Under the pieces are notes generated by a model, which was given only the letters and a program-made list of their open reading frames with translations, had not been told where the DNA came from and did not search any database. Made by a program: the position numbers and the translations under genes. A stretch of 64,000 nucleotides of DNA from an uncultured Candidatus Binatia bacterium (GTDB taxonomy: Bacteria; Desulfobacterota; Binatia; UBA9968; JAJDTQ01), in NCBI GenBank assembly GCA_965213675.1, contig OZ243916.1, positions 448,001 to 512,000 on the forward strand. Direction: 5' to 3'. Below, piece by piece: positions 46,476 to 56,477 of the stretch (positions within the stretch are counted from its first letter, which is position 1; each line of letters opens with the position of its first letter).

Positions 46476-47587
46476 TGGCCGATGCGAATGAGATGGTCCG
46501 TGCCGGTGACGTCCGATAGCAGCTCGCAGCCGTCTCGCGTCACCCGCAGCATGTCCTTGTTCTGCAGCCCCATGCGCCCGGGGATGTAGACCAGCGGCTC
46601 GATGGCCACCACCATGCCTTCCTCCAGCACCTCCTCGCCGTAGCGCCCGAGGTACGGCTCCTCGTGCAGGAAGACGCCGATGCCGTGGCCCACGAAGCTG
46701 ATGGGTTCCAGCCCCAGTTCGTTGAACTTCTCCAGAAACCGGCGGTAGACGTCCCTGGCATGAGCGCCGGGCTTGATCAGGTCCATGACCAGGCGCTTGC
46801 ATTCCACCAGGTTGTTCCAGATGCGCGCCTGCTCGGCTGTGGGCTCGCCCACCACCGCCGTCCGGCAAACGCCCGCGTGATAGCCGTCCAGGACCCCGAA
46901 GATCTCCATGCGGATCAGGTCGCCTTGCCGCAGCGCCCGGTCCGTGGGGCCGACGTTGGGAAACTGGCTGCGCTCGCCCGAGGCGATGATCATGAGCTTG
47001 AAGTGCTGCGCCCCGCCCGCGAAGATTCGTCCGGTCAGTTCACCCGCCAACTCCATCTCGGTCATGCCGGGCCGCGCGTGGGCCAGGGTCCCGCCGATGG
47101 CTGAATCCGTGATCCGGCTCAGGCCGCGCAAAAGCCCGATTTCCCGTGGAGTCTTGACCTGGCGGAGCTTCCCGAAGAGTCCGTCCGCGGCCACGAAGTC
47201 GACCCCGGGCAGCAGCCCGCGCAGGGTGGCGAAGTCGCCGGCGGGAAGATACGCCATCTCCACGCCCACCCGCGCTCCCGCCCACCCGCGCGCCGCCACG
47301 GCGGCAGCCACCTCGCGCATGGGATCGTCGGTGAACTCCCGGTACACGCGGATGTCGTCGAAGGCGGCGTGCGCCTTGACCGTGGTCTCCTCCATGTCGA
47401 TGGCGACCATGGTGGTGTGGCCCGACCGGTCCACGAGACACATGGCGTGCCGCCAGCGCATGAGGAGTTGCGAGGGCACCACGAACCCGGTGGTGTAGGC
47501 GAGGTTCTCGGGGGAGCTGGCAATGAGGGCGTCGAGCCCCCGCTCCTCCATGGCGTTCCGCTGTTTTGCGATGATGTCCGCGTCCAT
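46472..47587 (-). CDS. M24 (Xaa-Pro peptidase/creatinase fold) protein
   Basis: ENLAYTTG, RQVKT.REI, GHGIG...HEEP, AIEP. Confidence 0.88.
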   Translation of the reverse strand: MDADIIAKQRNAMEERGLDALIASSPENLAYTTGFVVPSQLLMRWRHAMCLVDRSGHTTMVAIDMEETTVKAHAAFDDIRVYREFTDDPMREVAAAVAARGWAGARVGVEMAYLPAGDFATLRGLLPGVDFVAADGLFGKLRQVKTPREIGLLRGLSRITDSAIGGTLAHARPGMTEMELAGELTGRIFAGGAQHFKLMIIASGERSQFPNVGPTDRALRQGDLIRMEIFGVLDGYHAGVCRTAVVGEPTAEQARIWNNLVECKRLVMDLIKPGAHARDVYRRFLEKFNELGLEPISFVGHGIGVFLHEEPYLGRYGEEVLEEGMVVAIEPLVYIPGRMGLQNKDMLRVTRDGCELLSDVTGTDHLIRIGH

Positions 47588-47876
47588 GGAATGCAGTTCC
47601 GGGTCTCCGCCCCGAATCGGGGTCGGCCTGCGAGCATACCGGCCGCCCCCGTCCTCATCAACTGCGCGTCGCCGCGCGTGCAGGCCGCGTTCCGGGACGA
47701 CGTGGGTGCGCGGGCGCCGCGCATGCAGGAAGCGCGGGCCGCGGCGCGCGACACGGACGCCCTCCGCCACTCCGGGTTGCCTGCATCCGCGGGAAACCGC
47801 GTATGCGGAAGCGGCTTTTCAACGAGGATTCCATCGTATAGGCTCGACGAGATTTGTCCAACGAAAGGAAACCCGC

Positions 47877-48965
47877 ATGCTGCTGATCAACAATCAGGAA
47901 GTCGAAAAGCTGATGGACATGAAGGCTTGTCTCGAGGCGTTGGAAACGGGCTACGAGGATCTTGCGCGCAACGACGCGGTTTACCGGCCGCGGCTCGACG
48001 TGTGGGTGCCGTGCGAGCGTCCGGACGGCTACTACCGCTGGGGCACCATGGAGGGCGCGAGCCGCACCATCGGCACCTTCGCCATCCGGATGAAGTCCGA
48101 TATCGTGCACTGGCCCGGCGGCGACACCGAGGAGAAGTACTGCATGGAGCCGGGCAATTACTGCGGGCTCATCATGGTTTTCAGCGTGGCCAATGGCGAG
48201 CCTCTGGCCATCGTCAACGACGGCGTGCTCCAGCACATGCGCGTGGGCGGTTGCGCCGGACTGGGCGCCAAGCTGCTGGCGCGGGAGGATGCCTCGGTGG
48301 TGGGCATGTTGGGGTCGGGCGGCATGGCCGAGACCTATCTCATGGCGTTCAACGAGGTGCGGAAGCTGGAGGAAGTGCGGGTCTACAGCCCCACCCGGGC
48401 CAACCGGGACCGGTACGCGGGGAAGATGAGCGAGATGCTCGGACTCAAGGTCACGGCCATGGACCGGCCCGAGGACGTGGTGCGCGGGGCGGACATCGTC
48501 TCGGCGTGCACGGATTCGACGCGGGTGGTGTTCGACAGTCCCGAGTGGCTCAAGCGCGGCGCCCACGTCACCTGTGTGCGCGCCTGCGAGATCGGCCCCC
48601 GGGTGGTGGAGGTGTGCGGCGTTTCCGTCAAGCTGGGGCGCAACACCGTGGTGACGACGGACGAGGGCATGGTCCGGCTCCACGGCAATGTGGGTTACGT
48701 GGCCGGGCAGCCCGAGGAGATCGCGCGCATCCCGAACCCGGTGCAGGACAACTACACCGGCGACTACTTCCACTACTTCATGGACGTGAAGCTGGGCCGC
48801 CAGCCGGGCCGGACCCATGACGACCAGACCACGTTCTTCATCAACGCCGGCACCCAGGGGCTCCAATTCGCCGCCTGCGCCGGGCGCGTCTACCAGATGG
48901 CCCGGGAGAAGGGGATGGGGCGCGAACTGCCCACGGAGTGGTTTACCCAGGACATCCGGGACTGA
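47877..48965 (+). CDS. ornithine cyclodeaminase/mu-crystallin family protein
   Basis: GEPLAI, HMRVG, GMLGSGGMA, VYSPT, GADIV..CT, GLQFAA. Confidence 0.88.
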   Translation: MLLINNQEVEKLMDMKACLEALETGYEDLARNDAVYRPRLDVWVPCERPDGYYRWGTMEGASRTIGTFAIRMKSDIVHWPGGDTEEKYCMEPGNYCGLIMVFSVANGEPLAIVNDGVLQHMRVGGCAGLGAKLLAREDASVVGMLGSGGMAETYLMAFNEVRKLEEVRVYSPTRANRDRYAGKMSEMLGLKVTAMDRPEDVVRGADIVSACTDSTRVVFDSPEWLKRGAHVTCVRACEIGPRVVEVCGVSVKLGRNTVVTTDEGMVRLHGNVGYVAGQPEEIARIPNPVQDNYTGDYFHYFMDVKLGRQPGRTHDDQTTFFINAGTQGLQFAACAGRVYQMAREKGMGRELPTEWFTQDIRD

Positions 48966-49053
48966 GGCGCGCCCTGCGGGATTGATGCAGGGCCCGGGGA
49001 GGGCCACCGCCGGTCGCCCCGGCACGGAAGGGCCCGGAGGCAGGGGGGAACCC

Positions 49054-52000
49054 ATGACGTACACACGGTCTGTGCGGTCGCTGTTGACTTGGCTGGTTCT
49101 CGGGGTGCTTCTGGGCGGCGCGGACGCCTTGGCTCAGGGGCGCGCGGACGCGGCTTTTCCGGACTATCGCCACACGGACATGGAGCGTCGTCTTCGGACG
49201 GACGCGGCGCTTCCGCGCAGGCCGTCGGCGGCCAAGGTGCTGGCGGCCCAGGCGCGGGCCAAGGCCGCGGTGCGGACGCGTCGCGAAGTCGAACTGACGC
49301 AAGCGGCCAGAGACCTCGTGTTCCACGCGCAGGACGCCGCCACCGGTTGGAGCAAGGCTGCGGCAGCCTGGGCGGGATTGTCCCGTTCGTGGCGCGTCCA
49401 TCACCGCGATTTGAAGCGCGCGGAGGCGTCCTGGATGCTGCGCCGGGAAGCGGAACGCAGGGCGTACGCGGCTTTGGCGGAATCGGCCTACAGCCTGTAT
49501 GCCGCCTATCGGTCGACCTCGGATACCGTTCGCGCGGGCCGACTGCTCATCGCGTTCGGCAACGTCCAGGACACCCGTGAGCATTACGTGAGCGCGGAGT
49601 TGGCGCTGTCCGCCGGCCTTGGCGTCAGGGAAGACGCCGGCGCGGCCAAACGGTTGGCGCGCATTCGCGCAGAGCAGGGCTTCCGCATTGCCGGTGTGCG
49701 TGAGGACGGGGACCGGGAGGATCCCCGGATCTGCCTGGCCATGAGCGCCGCGGTGGCGGCAAGGCACCGGCGCCATATCGAGGATTACATCGTCCTCGAA
49801 CCGGATCGCGGGGACCATCCCATGGCGCTGCGCGACGCCACCGTGTGCATCGGCAATGTCGAGCGCGGCGCGAACTACACCGTGGCCGTGCGCGAGGGTC
49901 TTCGCGACGTCGATGGCAGGACCGTGGTCCCGGGCCGGCGGACGGTCAAGGTGCCGGACCGTCCAGGGAGCATCCGCTTCTCACGGGGGCGGTACGTGCT
50001 CCCGGCCGCGGGCAGCGCGGGTCTCCCGATGACCACCGTCAACGTGGACAGGGTGTCGCTGACCGCGCTACGCATCACCGACGGCAACCTTGTGGAACAG
50101 GTGATGGAACAACGCCTGGGGCGGGACCTCGACGGCTACGACCTGCGCCGGATCGCCGAAGAATCGGGCGAGCATCTCTGGCAAGGCATCCTTCCCATCG
50201 AGGGCGCGCGCAACCGGGAAGTCCTGACTCACGTGACGCTGGACTTCCTCGGACCGGAGCGCAAGCCCGGGGTGTACGTGCTGGCGGCCACGAATCCGGA
50301 CGTGGCGTACCGCTTCTACCAGGATCGCGCCGTTCAGTGGTTCGTGGTTTCGGACATCGGGCTTGTGGCCATGCGCGGGGCCGATGGCCTGTCCGTCTTT
50401 GCCCGCTCCCTTGCCACCGCCGAGCCCCTGGCCGGAGTGAAGCTCTCGCTTCAGGCGCGCAACGAGGACATTCTGGGGAACCTCGACACCGATGTCCACG
50501 GGCGGGCGACGTTCGCGGCCGGGCTGCTCCGGGGAACGGGCGGGCGCAAGGCCGTGCTCCTGCGGGCGCGCGCCGGCCACGGCGACCACACGTTCCTGTC
50601 CCTCGACCGTCCGGGCTTTGATCTGTCGGACCGTGGCGTGGGCGGCCGCGCGGCGCCGGGCCCGGTGCAGGCCTGGCTCTACACCGACCGCGGCATCTAC
50701 CGGCCCGGCGAAACGGTCCACCTCACCGCGCTGGTGCGGGACGATGAAGGACGGGCCATCGCCGATCTTCCCCTGGAGCTGGCGGTGGTGCGGCCCGACG
50801 GCGTCCAGGCGCGCGCCTACCCGGTGCGCAGCGATCACACCGGTGCGATTCCCGCCGACCACCGGGTGTCCGACAACGCCGTCACCGGCGCCTGGCGATT
50901 CCTCCTGCGCGTGCCCGGGGACGCGGCGCTGGTGGGAACGCGGTCGGTGCAGGTCCAGGATTTTGTCCCACCCCGCGTGGAGGTGGCGCTGAAGGCCCCG
51001 GAGTCCCTGGATGGTCGAACTCCGGCTCAGGTCACCGTCAGCGCGCGTTTCCTTTACGGCGCTCCCGCGGCCGGCCTGCGCGCCCAGGGAAGGGTCCAGG
51101 TGGAAGTCGCCCCCGAACCTTTCGCCGGGTGGTCCGGTTACCGTTTCGGCCCGGTGGAAGACGTGCCGTTGCCCGCGCGCTCGGACCTGCCGGAAGCGCG
51201 CACCGGGGAGGACGGCACGGCCACCCTGCCCCTGCAACTCCCCGCAGTGGTCGAAGGCGGGCATCCCCTGCGGGTCCGCGTCGACGCCGGCGTTCTGGAC
51301 CGCGGTGGCCGGGCCGTGGGCGCCACCGTCGTTCTTCCCGTGCGGGATGATCGGAAGCGCATCGCCATTCGGCCTCGATCCAAGGGCACGGTGGCCGTGG
51401 GACAAGCGGCCGTGTTCGATGTGGCGGTGGTGGACGGCGCTGGCGCATCGGTGAGCCGCGGCGATCTGACGTGGCGGCTTTACCGGGAGGAGCGTGAGTG
51501 GTTCCAATACATGAGGACCGGCGGTGAATGGGCGTACCGCGAAGTCGCCATGGACACCACGGTGGACGGCGGCACGGTCGCGACCCGCGCGGGAACCATG
51601 GAACCGGCGCGGATCACGGTGGCGCCGGATTGGGGAAGCTACCGCCTGGAGGTCACGGATCCCGGCGACGCGGGCGCTTTCCGCGCCAGCGTGCGCTTTC
51701 GCGTGGGTTGGAGCGGCCCCAGGGGAAGCCCCGACATTCCCGACATGATGACGGTACGGCTGGATCGTCCGCGCTATGCGCCCGGCGACACCGCCACCGT
51801 GCGACTGGAGTCGCCCTTTGACGGCAACGCCATCGTCACGGTCCTGACGGACCGTGTGGCGCAAACGCACGTCGTCCGAATCGCCGCCGGCCGGGCGACG
51901 TTGGCGATTCCGGTGGAACGCTGGACGGCCGGCGCCTACGTGGCGGCCACCGCGTTCCGCCCGGCGCCGCCGGACGCCGCACAGGGGCCGGGGCGGGCCG

Positions 52001-54315
52001 TGGGGATCGCCTGGCTTGCCGTGCACGATCCCGAGCGCCGCCTGTCGGTACGCTTCGATGCCCCCAAGACCGCGCCCTCGGGCCAGACGCTGCGCGTGCC
52101 TTTCCAGGTGACCCGCGGCACGGGACTTCCCGCGCAAGCCCGGGTCACGGTGGCGGCGGTGGACGAGGGCATCCTCCAATTGACATCCTTCGAGCCGCCG
52201 GATCCCGCCGCGGTGGTGTTCGGCAAGCACTTCCTGAACGTGGAGATGCGGGACCTCTACGGCCGGCTCATCGACACGCGTGGGGGCCCCAAGCGCGCGT
52301 ATCGGTCCGGCGGTGACGGCGGCCGGCTGTTCGGCGGGGTTCAGCCGCCGCAAAAGACGGTGGCCCTCTACCACGGTCTCATGCGCACCGATGCGCAGGG
52401 ACGGGGCGAGGTTTCACTGGTGGTCCCCGCGGGCTTCAGCGGCCGCCTGCGCCTGATGGCGGTGGCGCACACGAAGGACGCCCTGGGGCACGGACACGGC
52501 CGGGTGGTCATCCGCGACCCGCTCACCGCGAACCTTTATTTGCCCCGCTTTCTGGCGCCCGGGGACCACGCCCACGTGACCCTGGAAATGGTCAATCACG
52601 ACGCTCCCGAAGGCGGATATACGCCGACACTGACGGCGGGCGGGGCGGTGACGGTGAGCCGGGCGCCCACGGATACCGTGCCCCTGGCGCCGGCGAAGCG
52701 GTGGTCCACGCCCGTGACACTTGCAGCCGGAGAGCCGGGGGAAGCGGTGCTGCGCCTCGCCGTCGCCGGCCCCGGCGGTATCCGGATGGAACGAACCTGG
52801 ACCCTTGACGTGCGTCCGGCCCAAGCCTGGCGGCAAACGCGCCGCACCGTGACCCTGGAGCCCGGCGGGAGCGTCAAGCTCACGAAGGACCTGCTGGAGG
52901 GTCTGTACCCCGTGGACGCCCGGGTCTCGGCGAGCGTGTCGCCGGTTCCCTATGACGTGCGCGGTGTGCTGGCGTCCCTCCAGCGGTATCCCTACGGCTG
53001 CACGGAACAGACCATCAGCCAGGCGTTGCCGTTTCTCTACGCCGGGGAAACGGGACGGGGCGCCGCCTGGGACGCGGGGCTGAGCGATCAGGTTCAGGGG
53101 GCGGTGCGCAGGGTGCTCGCGCGCCAGACCGAGGCCGGCGGCTTCGGCCTGTGGAGCGCGCGCGATGACTCGGAGCCGTGGGTTTCGGCCTATGCCCTGG
53201 ACTTCCTGGACCGGGCTCGGGCCAAAGGGTACGAGGTGGACGCCGGGGCGCTGCGGCGGGCGCGGAGCTACATTGCCGGCCTGCCCGAACGGCGTCGTCC
53301 GTCGGACGAGGCGTGGGAGGCCTACGCTTACGGCCTGGCGGTGTTGGCCCGCTCGAATGCGGTGGCGCCCGGCACGGTGCGCCGCTTCATCGACAACGGC
53401 CTCGACAAAGTCAAGAGCGGCCTGGGCCGGGCGCAGTTGGCGCTTGCCGCTGCCTCCTTCGGCTTGGCCGAGAGCGCGCAGACCGCATTTGCCGGCGTGG
53501 TCCCGGCCCTTGGCGGCAACGCCTATCTCACGTATGGTAGCGCCCTCCGCGACGCCGCCGCACTGGTAGCGGCGGCGTCCGTGGTGGAGCCGGCCGGGTT
53601 GGAGGAAGCGGCCGCACACCTCCGTCGCATTTCGGCCGGCTACGCCCGCGCCAGCACACAGGAACAGGCTTGGATGGCAATGGCCGCATGGGCGCTGACG
53701 CGGGCCGCGCCCGCGCTCACCGTGGACGGCGCGCCGGTGCGGACCGGAGATCGGGGCTTCCACCGCACCGTGGGCTCCCGCGAACTGGAAGGCGACGGGG
53801 TCACCCTCGGCAACCCCGGAGACCGGCCGGTGAGGCTTGTCATCACTGTGGAGGGGCACCCGATGGCCGAGGAACCCCCGCACGCCAACGGCGTCGGCAT
53901 GATGCGGACCTTCGCGACGCCGGCCGGCGTTCCCGCCGAACTGGACGCGGTGAGGCAGGGAGATGCATTGATCGTGTTGCTGGAAGGCGGACTGCCGGAA
54001 GGTGCGACGGCCCGGCGCCTGCTCGTAGCCGATCTCTTGCCCGCGGGACTGGAAATCGAGGCCGCCATCCTCGGCGACAACAAGGAATACGAACGGATTT
54101 TCTGGGAGATGGACTGGCCCGACGCCTTGAGGCTGCGCGACGACCGCTACGTGGCGGCGGTGAACCGCAAGGGCGGCCAGAGCTTCGTGCTGGCTTACGT
54201 GGTGCGCGCGGTGACCCCCGGCACCTTCCACGTGCCGGGGTCGTATATCGAGGACATGTACGACCCCGCCGTGCACGCGCGCGGCTACATGCAGCGCATG
54301 ACCATACGGCGTTAG
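49054..54315 (+). CDS. bacterial alpha-2-macroglobulin
   Basis: VSDIGL, FDLSDRGV, YTDRGIYRPGE, AAVDEGIL, YPYGCTEQ thioester motif, DLLPAGLE, EDMY.P. Confidence 0.93.
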   Translation: MTYTRSVRSLLTWLVLGVLLGGADALAQGRADAAFPDYRHTDMERRLRTDAALPRRPSAAKVLAAQARAKAAVRTRREVELTQAARDLVFHAQDAATGWSKAAAAWAGLSRSWRVHHRDLKRAEASWMLRREAERRAYAALAESAYSLYAAYRSTSDTVRAGRLLIAFGNVQDTREHYVSAELALSAGLGVREDAGAAKRLARIRAEQGFRIAGVREDGDREDPRICLAMSAAVAARHRRHIEDYIVLEPDRGDHPMALRDATVCIGNVERGANYTVAVREGLRDVDGRTVVPGRRTVKVPDRPGSIRFSRGRYVLPAAGSAGLPMTTVNVDRVSLTALRITDGNLVEQVMEQRLGRDLDGYDLRRIAEESGEHLWQGILPIEGARNREVLTHVTLDFLGPERKPGVYVLAATNPDVAYRFYQDRAVQWFVVSDIGLVAMRGADGLSVFARSLATAEPLAGVKLSLQARNEDILGNLDTDVHGRATFAAGLLRGTGGRKAVLLRARAGHGDHTFLSLDRPGFDLSDRGVGGRAAPGPVQAWLYTDRGIYRPGETVHLTALVRDDEGRAIADLPLELAVVRPDGVQARAYPVRSDHTGAIPADHRVSDNAVTGAWRFLLRVPGDAALVGTRSVQVQDFVPPRVEVALKAPESLDGRTPAQVTVSARFLYGAPAAGLRAQGRVQVEVAPEPFAGWSGYRFGPVEDVPLPARSDLPEARTGEDGTATLPLQLPAVVEGGHPLRVRVDAGVLDRGGRAVGATVVLPVRDDRKRIAIRPRSKGTVAVGQAAVFDVAVVDGAGASVSRGDLTWRLYREEREWFQYMRTGGEWAYREVAMDTTVDGGTVATRAGTMEPARITVAPDWGSYRLEVTDPGDAGAFRASVRFRVGWSGPRGSPDIPDMMTVRLDRPRYAPGDTATVRLESPFDGNAIVTVLTDRVAQTHVVRIAAGRATLAIPVERWTAGAYVAATAFRPAPPDAAQGPGRAVGIAWLAVHDPERRLSVRFDAPKTAPSGQTLRVPFQVTRGTGLPAQARVTVAAVDEGILQLTSFEPPDPAAVVFGKHFLNVEMRDLYGRLIDTRGGPKRAYRSGGDGGRLFGGVQPPQKTVALYHGLMRTDAQGRGEVSLVVPAGFSGRLRLMAVAHTKDALGHGHGRVVIRDPLTANLYLPRFLAPGDHAHVTLEMVNHDAPEGGYTPTLTAGGAVTVSRAPTDTVPLAPAKRWSTPVTLAAGEPGEAVLRLAVAGPGGIRMERTWTLDVRPAQAWRQTRRTVTLEPGGSVKLTKDLLEGLYPVDARVSASVSPVPYDVRGVLASLQRYPYGCTEQTISQALPFLYAGETGRGAAWDAGLSDQVQGAVRRVLARQTEAGGFGLWSARDDSEPWVSAYALDFLDRARAKGYEVDAGALRRARSYIAGLPERRRPSDEAWEAYAYGLAVLARSNAVAPGTVRRFIDNGLDKVKSGLGRAQLALAAASFGLAESAQTAFAGVVPALGGNAYLTYGSALRDAAALVAAASVVEPAGLEEAAAHLRRISAGYARASTQEQAWMAMAAWALTRAAPALTVDGAPVRTGDRGFHRTVGSRELEGDGVTLGNPGDRPVRLVITVEGHPMAEEPPHANGVGMMRTFATPAGVPAELDAVRQGDALIVLLEGGLPEGATARRLLVADLLPAGLEIEAAILGDNKEYERIFWEMDWPDALRLRDDRYVAAVNRKGGQSFVLAYVVRAVTPGTFHVPGSYIEDMYDPAVHARGYMQRMTIRR

Positions 54316-54330
54316 GAACACCCGGAGACA

Positions 54331-56367
54331 ATGAATCGTCGCCGGCGAACGGTACTGGCGGGACTCGCCCTGGCGGTGGCTGCGGCGTGGGCTCTTGACC
54401 GGTTTCTCCCGTTGTCCGTGGCGAAGGTCGGGGACGTTTCCCGGGTATTGCTCGCAGGGGACGGCGCCGCCTTGCGCGTCACCCGGACCCGGGACGACAA
54501 GATCCGCCTGCCGGTACGATTGGCCGACGTGGACCCGCGTTTCCTGCGGATGCTCCTGGCGTACGAGGATCGGCGGTTTGCATGGCATCCGGGGGTCGAT
54601 CCTCTGGCGCTCGTCCGAGCACTGGGCCAGTGGGTTGTCTCAGGACAGGTGGTTTCAGGAGCTTCCACCCTGACCATGCAGGTGGTGCGCCTGCTCGAAC
54701 CGCGGCCGCGCACCCTCGCGGCCAAGCTCCTGGAGATGCTGCGGGCCCTGCAACTCGAAGCCCACCTGTCCAAGGACGAAATCCTGGAGCATTATCTGAC
54801 GTTGGCTCCCTATGGCGCCAATCTGGAAGGGATCCGGGCTGCCTCGCTGGCCTGGCTGGGCAAGGAGCCGGCGAATCTCACCGACGCCGAGGCCGCGCTC
54901 CTTGTGGTGTTGCCCCAAGCCCCGGGCCGTCTCCGTCCGGATCGGTACCCGGAGCGCGCCCGCGCCGCCCGCGACAAGGTCCTGCGGCGCGCCGCGGCAC
55001 TGGGCCTCCTCACCCGCCGGGAAGTGGCGCTGGGGCAGCGCGACGATGTCCCCGCACGCCGCCGGCCGTTGCCCTTCCATGCCGTCCACCTGGCCGACCG
55101 CCTGCTTGCGGATCCCCCGGGCGCCAGCGTGCGCACGACCCTCGATGCCTCGCTTCAGATTCGCGCGGAGGCGCTGGCGGCGGCGTACGCGGCCAGCGCG
55201 GGTCCCCGGACCGGCGCGGCCGTGCTGGTGGTGGAGCATCGCGCAGCCATGGCCGCGCGTGCCTGGGTGGGCGGTCCGGACTATCTTTCGCGACCGCGGC
55301 TGGGCGCGGTGGATATGGTGCGGGCGATACGCTCGCCGGGCTCGGCCTTGAAGCCTTTTGTTTACGGCATGGCCTTCGACCGCGCCATCGCGCATCCCGA
55401 TACACGGATCCTGGACGCGTTCCGCCGCTTCGGCAACTACGCCCCGAACAACTTCGACGGGCGGTATCGCGGAGCGGTGAGCGCCGCCGACGCCCTGCGC
55501 CTGTCGCTCAACGTCCCCGCGGTGGCGGTGATGGATCGGCTCGGGCCGCGCCGTTTCGCCCACGCCCTGGCTGTCGCCGGAATTGCGCTGACCATGCCAT
55601 CTGGCGAACGGCCCGGCCTGGCGGTGACTCTGGGAGGCGCCGGCGTGACGCTGGAGCAACTCGTCACGCTCTACAGCGCCCTGGGCTCGGACGGACGGGT
55701 ACGGCCGGTGCGTGTGCGCCCGGAAGCCGTTGCGCCGGAGGCGGCGGCGTTTCTCGATGCCGGCACCGCCCGCACCGTGGCCGCGATCCTCGAGGACGCG
55801 CCGCCGCCCCGTGGCCTGGCGCCGGCGCATGTCCTTGCGGAAACATCGGGGTTCGCGGCCAAGACCGGCACTTCCTTCGGCTTCCGCGACGCCTGGGCTC
55901 TCGGCGTGGATGGACGTTATGCGGTGGGGGTGTGGATCGGCCGGGTGGACGGCACGCCACGGCCGGGACGGTTGGGACGGGACGAGGCGCTGCCCTTGCT
56001 CCACGCCGTGTTCGGCCTGCTCCCGCCCGATCCCCACCGCCGGCTGCGGAAGCCGCTCCGGCCCCTGTCCGAGCCCGCGCCGCCCGCACTCCGGTACCTT
56101 GACCGCGCCGCCGGACCTGCCGGCCGCAGGGTTGCGAAGCTGGCACTGGACTTTCCGCCCGACGGCGCCACGCTGAGCCTCTCGCGCCGGGGGCGCTTCC
56201 GGCCCTTGCCGCTCAAGGCCAAGGGCGGCGCCAGCCCGGTGCGCTGGCTCGTCAACGGGCGTCCCTTGAAGGACGCGGTGTGGCGCCCCGACGGCCCGGG
56301 CGCCGCCACCATCACCGCGCTGGATGCCGGTGGACAGTGGGCGCGCGCGACCGTATGGGTGGAGTAG
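54331..56367 (+). CDS. pbpC: penicillin-binding protein 1C
   Basis: YEDRRF..HPGVD, GASTLTMQ, GSALKPF, SLN, KTGTS; directly after A2M. Confidence 0.93.
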   Translation: MNRRRRTVLAGLALAVAAAWALDRFLPLSVAKVGDVSRVLLAGDGAALRVTRTRDDKIRLPVRLADVDPRFLRMLLAYEDRRFAWHPGVDPLALVRALGQWVVSGQVVSGASTLTMQVVRLLEPRPRTLAAKLLEMLRALQLEAHLSKDEILEHYLTLAPYGANLEGIRAASLAWLGKEPANLTDAEAALLVVLPQAPGRLRPDRYPERARAARDKVLRRAAALGLLTRREVALGQRDDVPARRRPLPFHAVHLADRLLADPPGASVRTTLDASLQIRAEALAAAYAASAGPRTGAAVLVVEHRAAMAARAWVGGPDYLSRPRLGAVDMVRAIRSPGSALKPFVYGMAFDRAIAHPDTRILDAFRRFGNYAPNNFDGRYRGAVSAADALRLSLNVPAVAVMDRLGPRRFAHALAVAGIALTMPSGERPGLAVTLGGAGVTLEQLVTLYSALGSDGRVRPVRVRPEAVAPEAAAFLDAGTARTVAAILEDAPPPRGLAPAHVLAETSGFAAKTGTSFGFRDAWALGVDGRYAVGVWIGRVDGTPRPGRLGRDEALPLLHAVFGLLPPDPHRRLRKPLRPLSEPAPPALRYLDRAAGPAGRRVAKLALDFPPDGATLSLSRRGRFRPLPLKAKGGASPVRWLVNGRPLKDAVWRPDGPGAATITALDAGGQWARATVWVE

Positions 56368-56416
56368 CGCAGGAGGAGCCGGCAAATCAGTGTCGGCGCA
56401 CGTCAGCCGGGCTTTA

Positions 56417-56445
56417 TTGCCTTCGGTTCGACGATCGTCTACGCT
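56417..56445 (+). promoter_or_regulatory. candidate sigma70 promoter for mltA
   Basis: TTGCCT, 17-nt spacer, TACGCT. Confidence 0.35.
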
Positions 56446-56477
56446 GCGCTGGGTGGCGGGATTTGGGAGCCTGTTTC

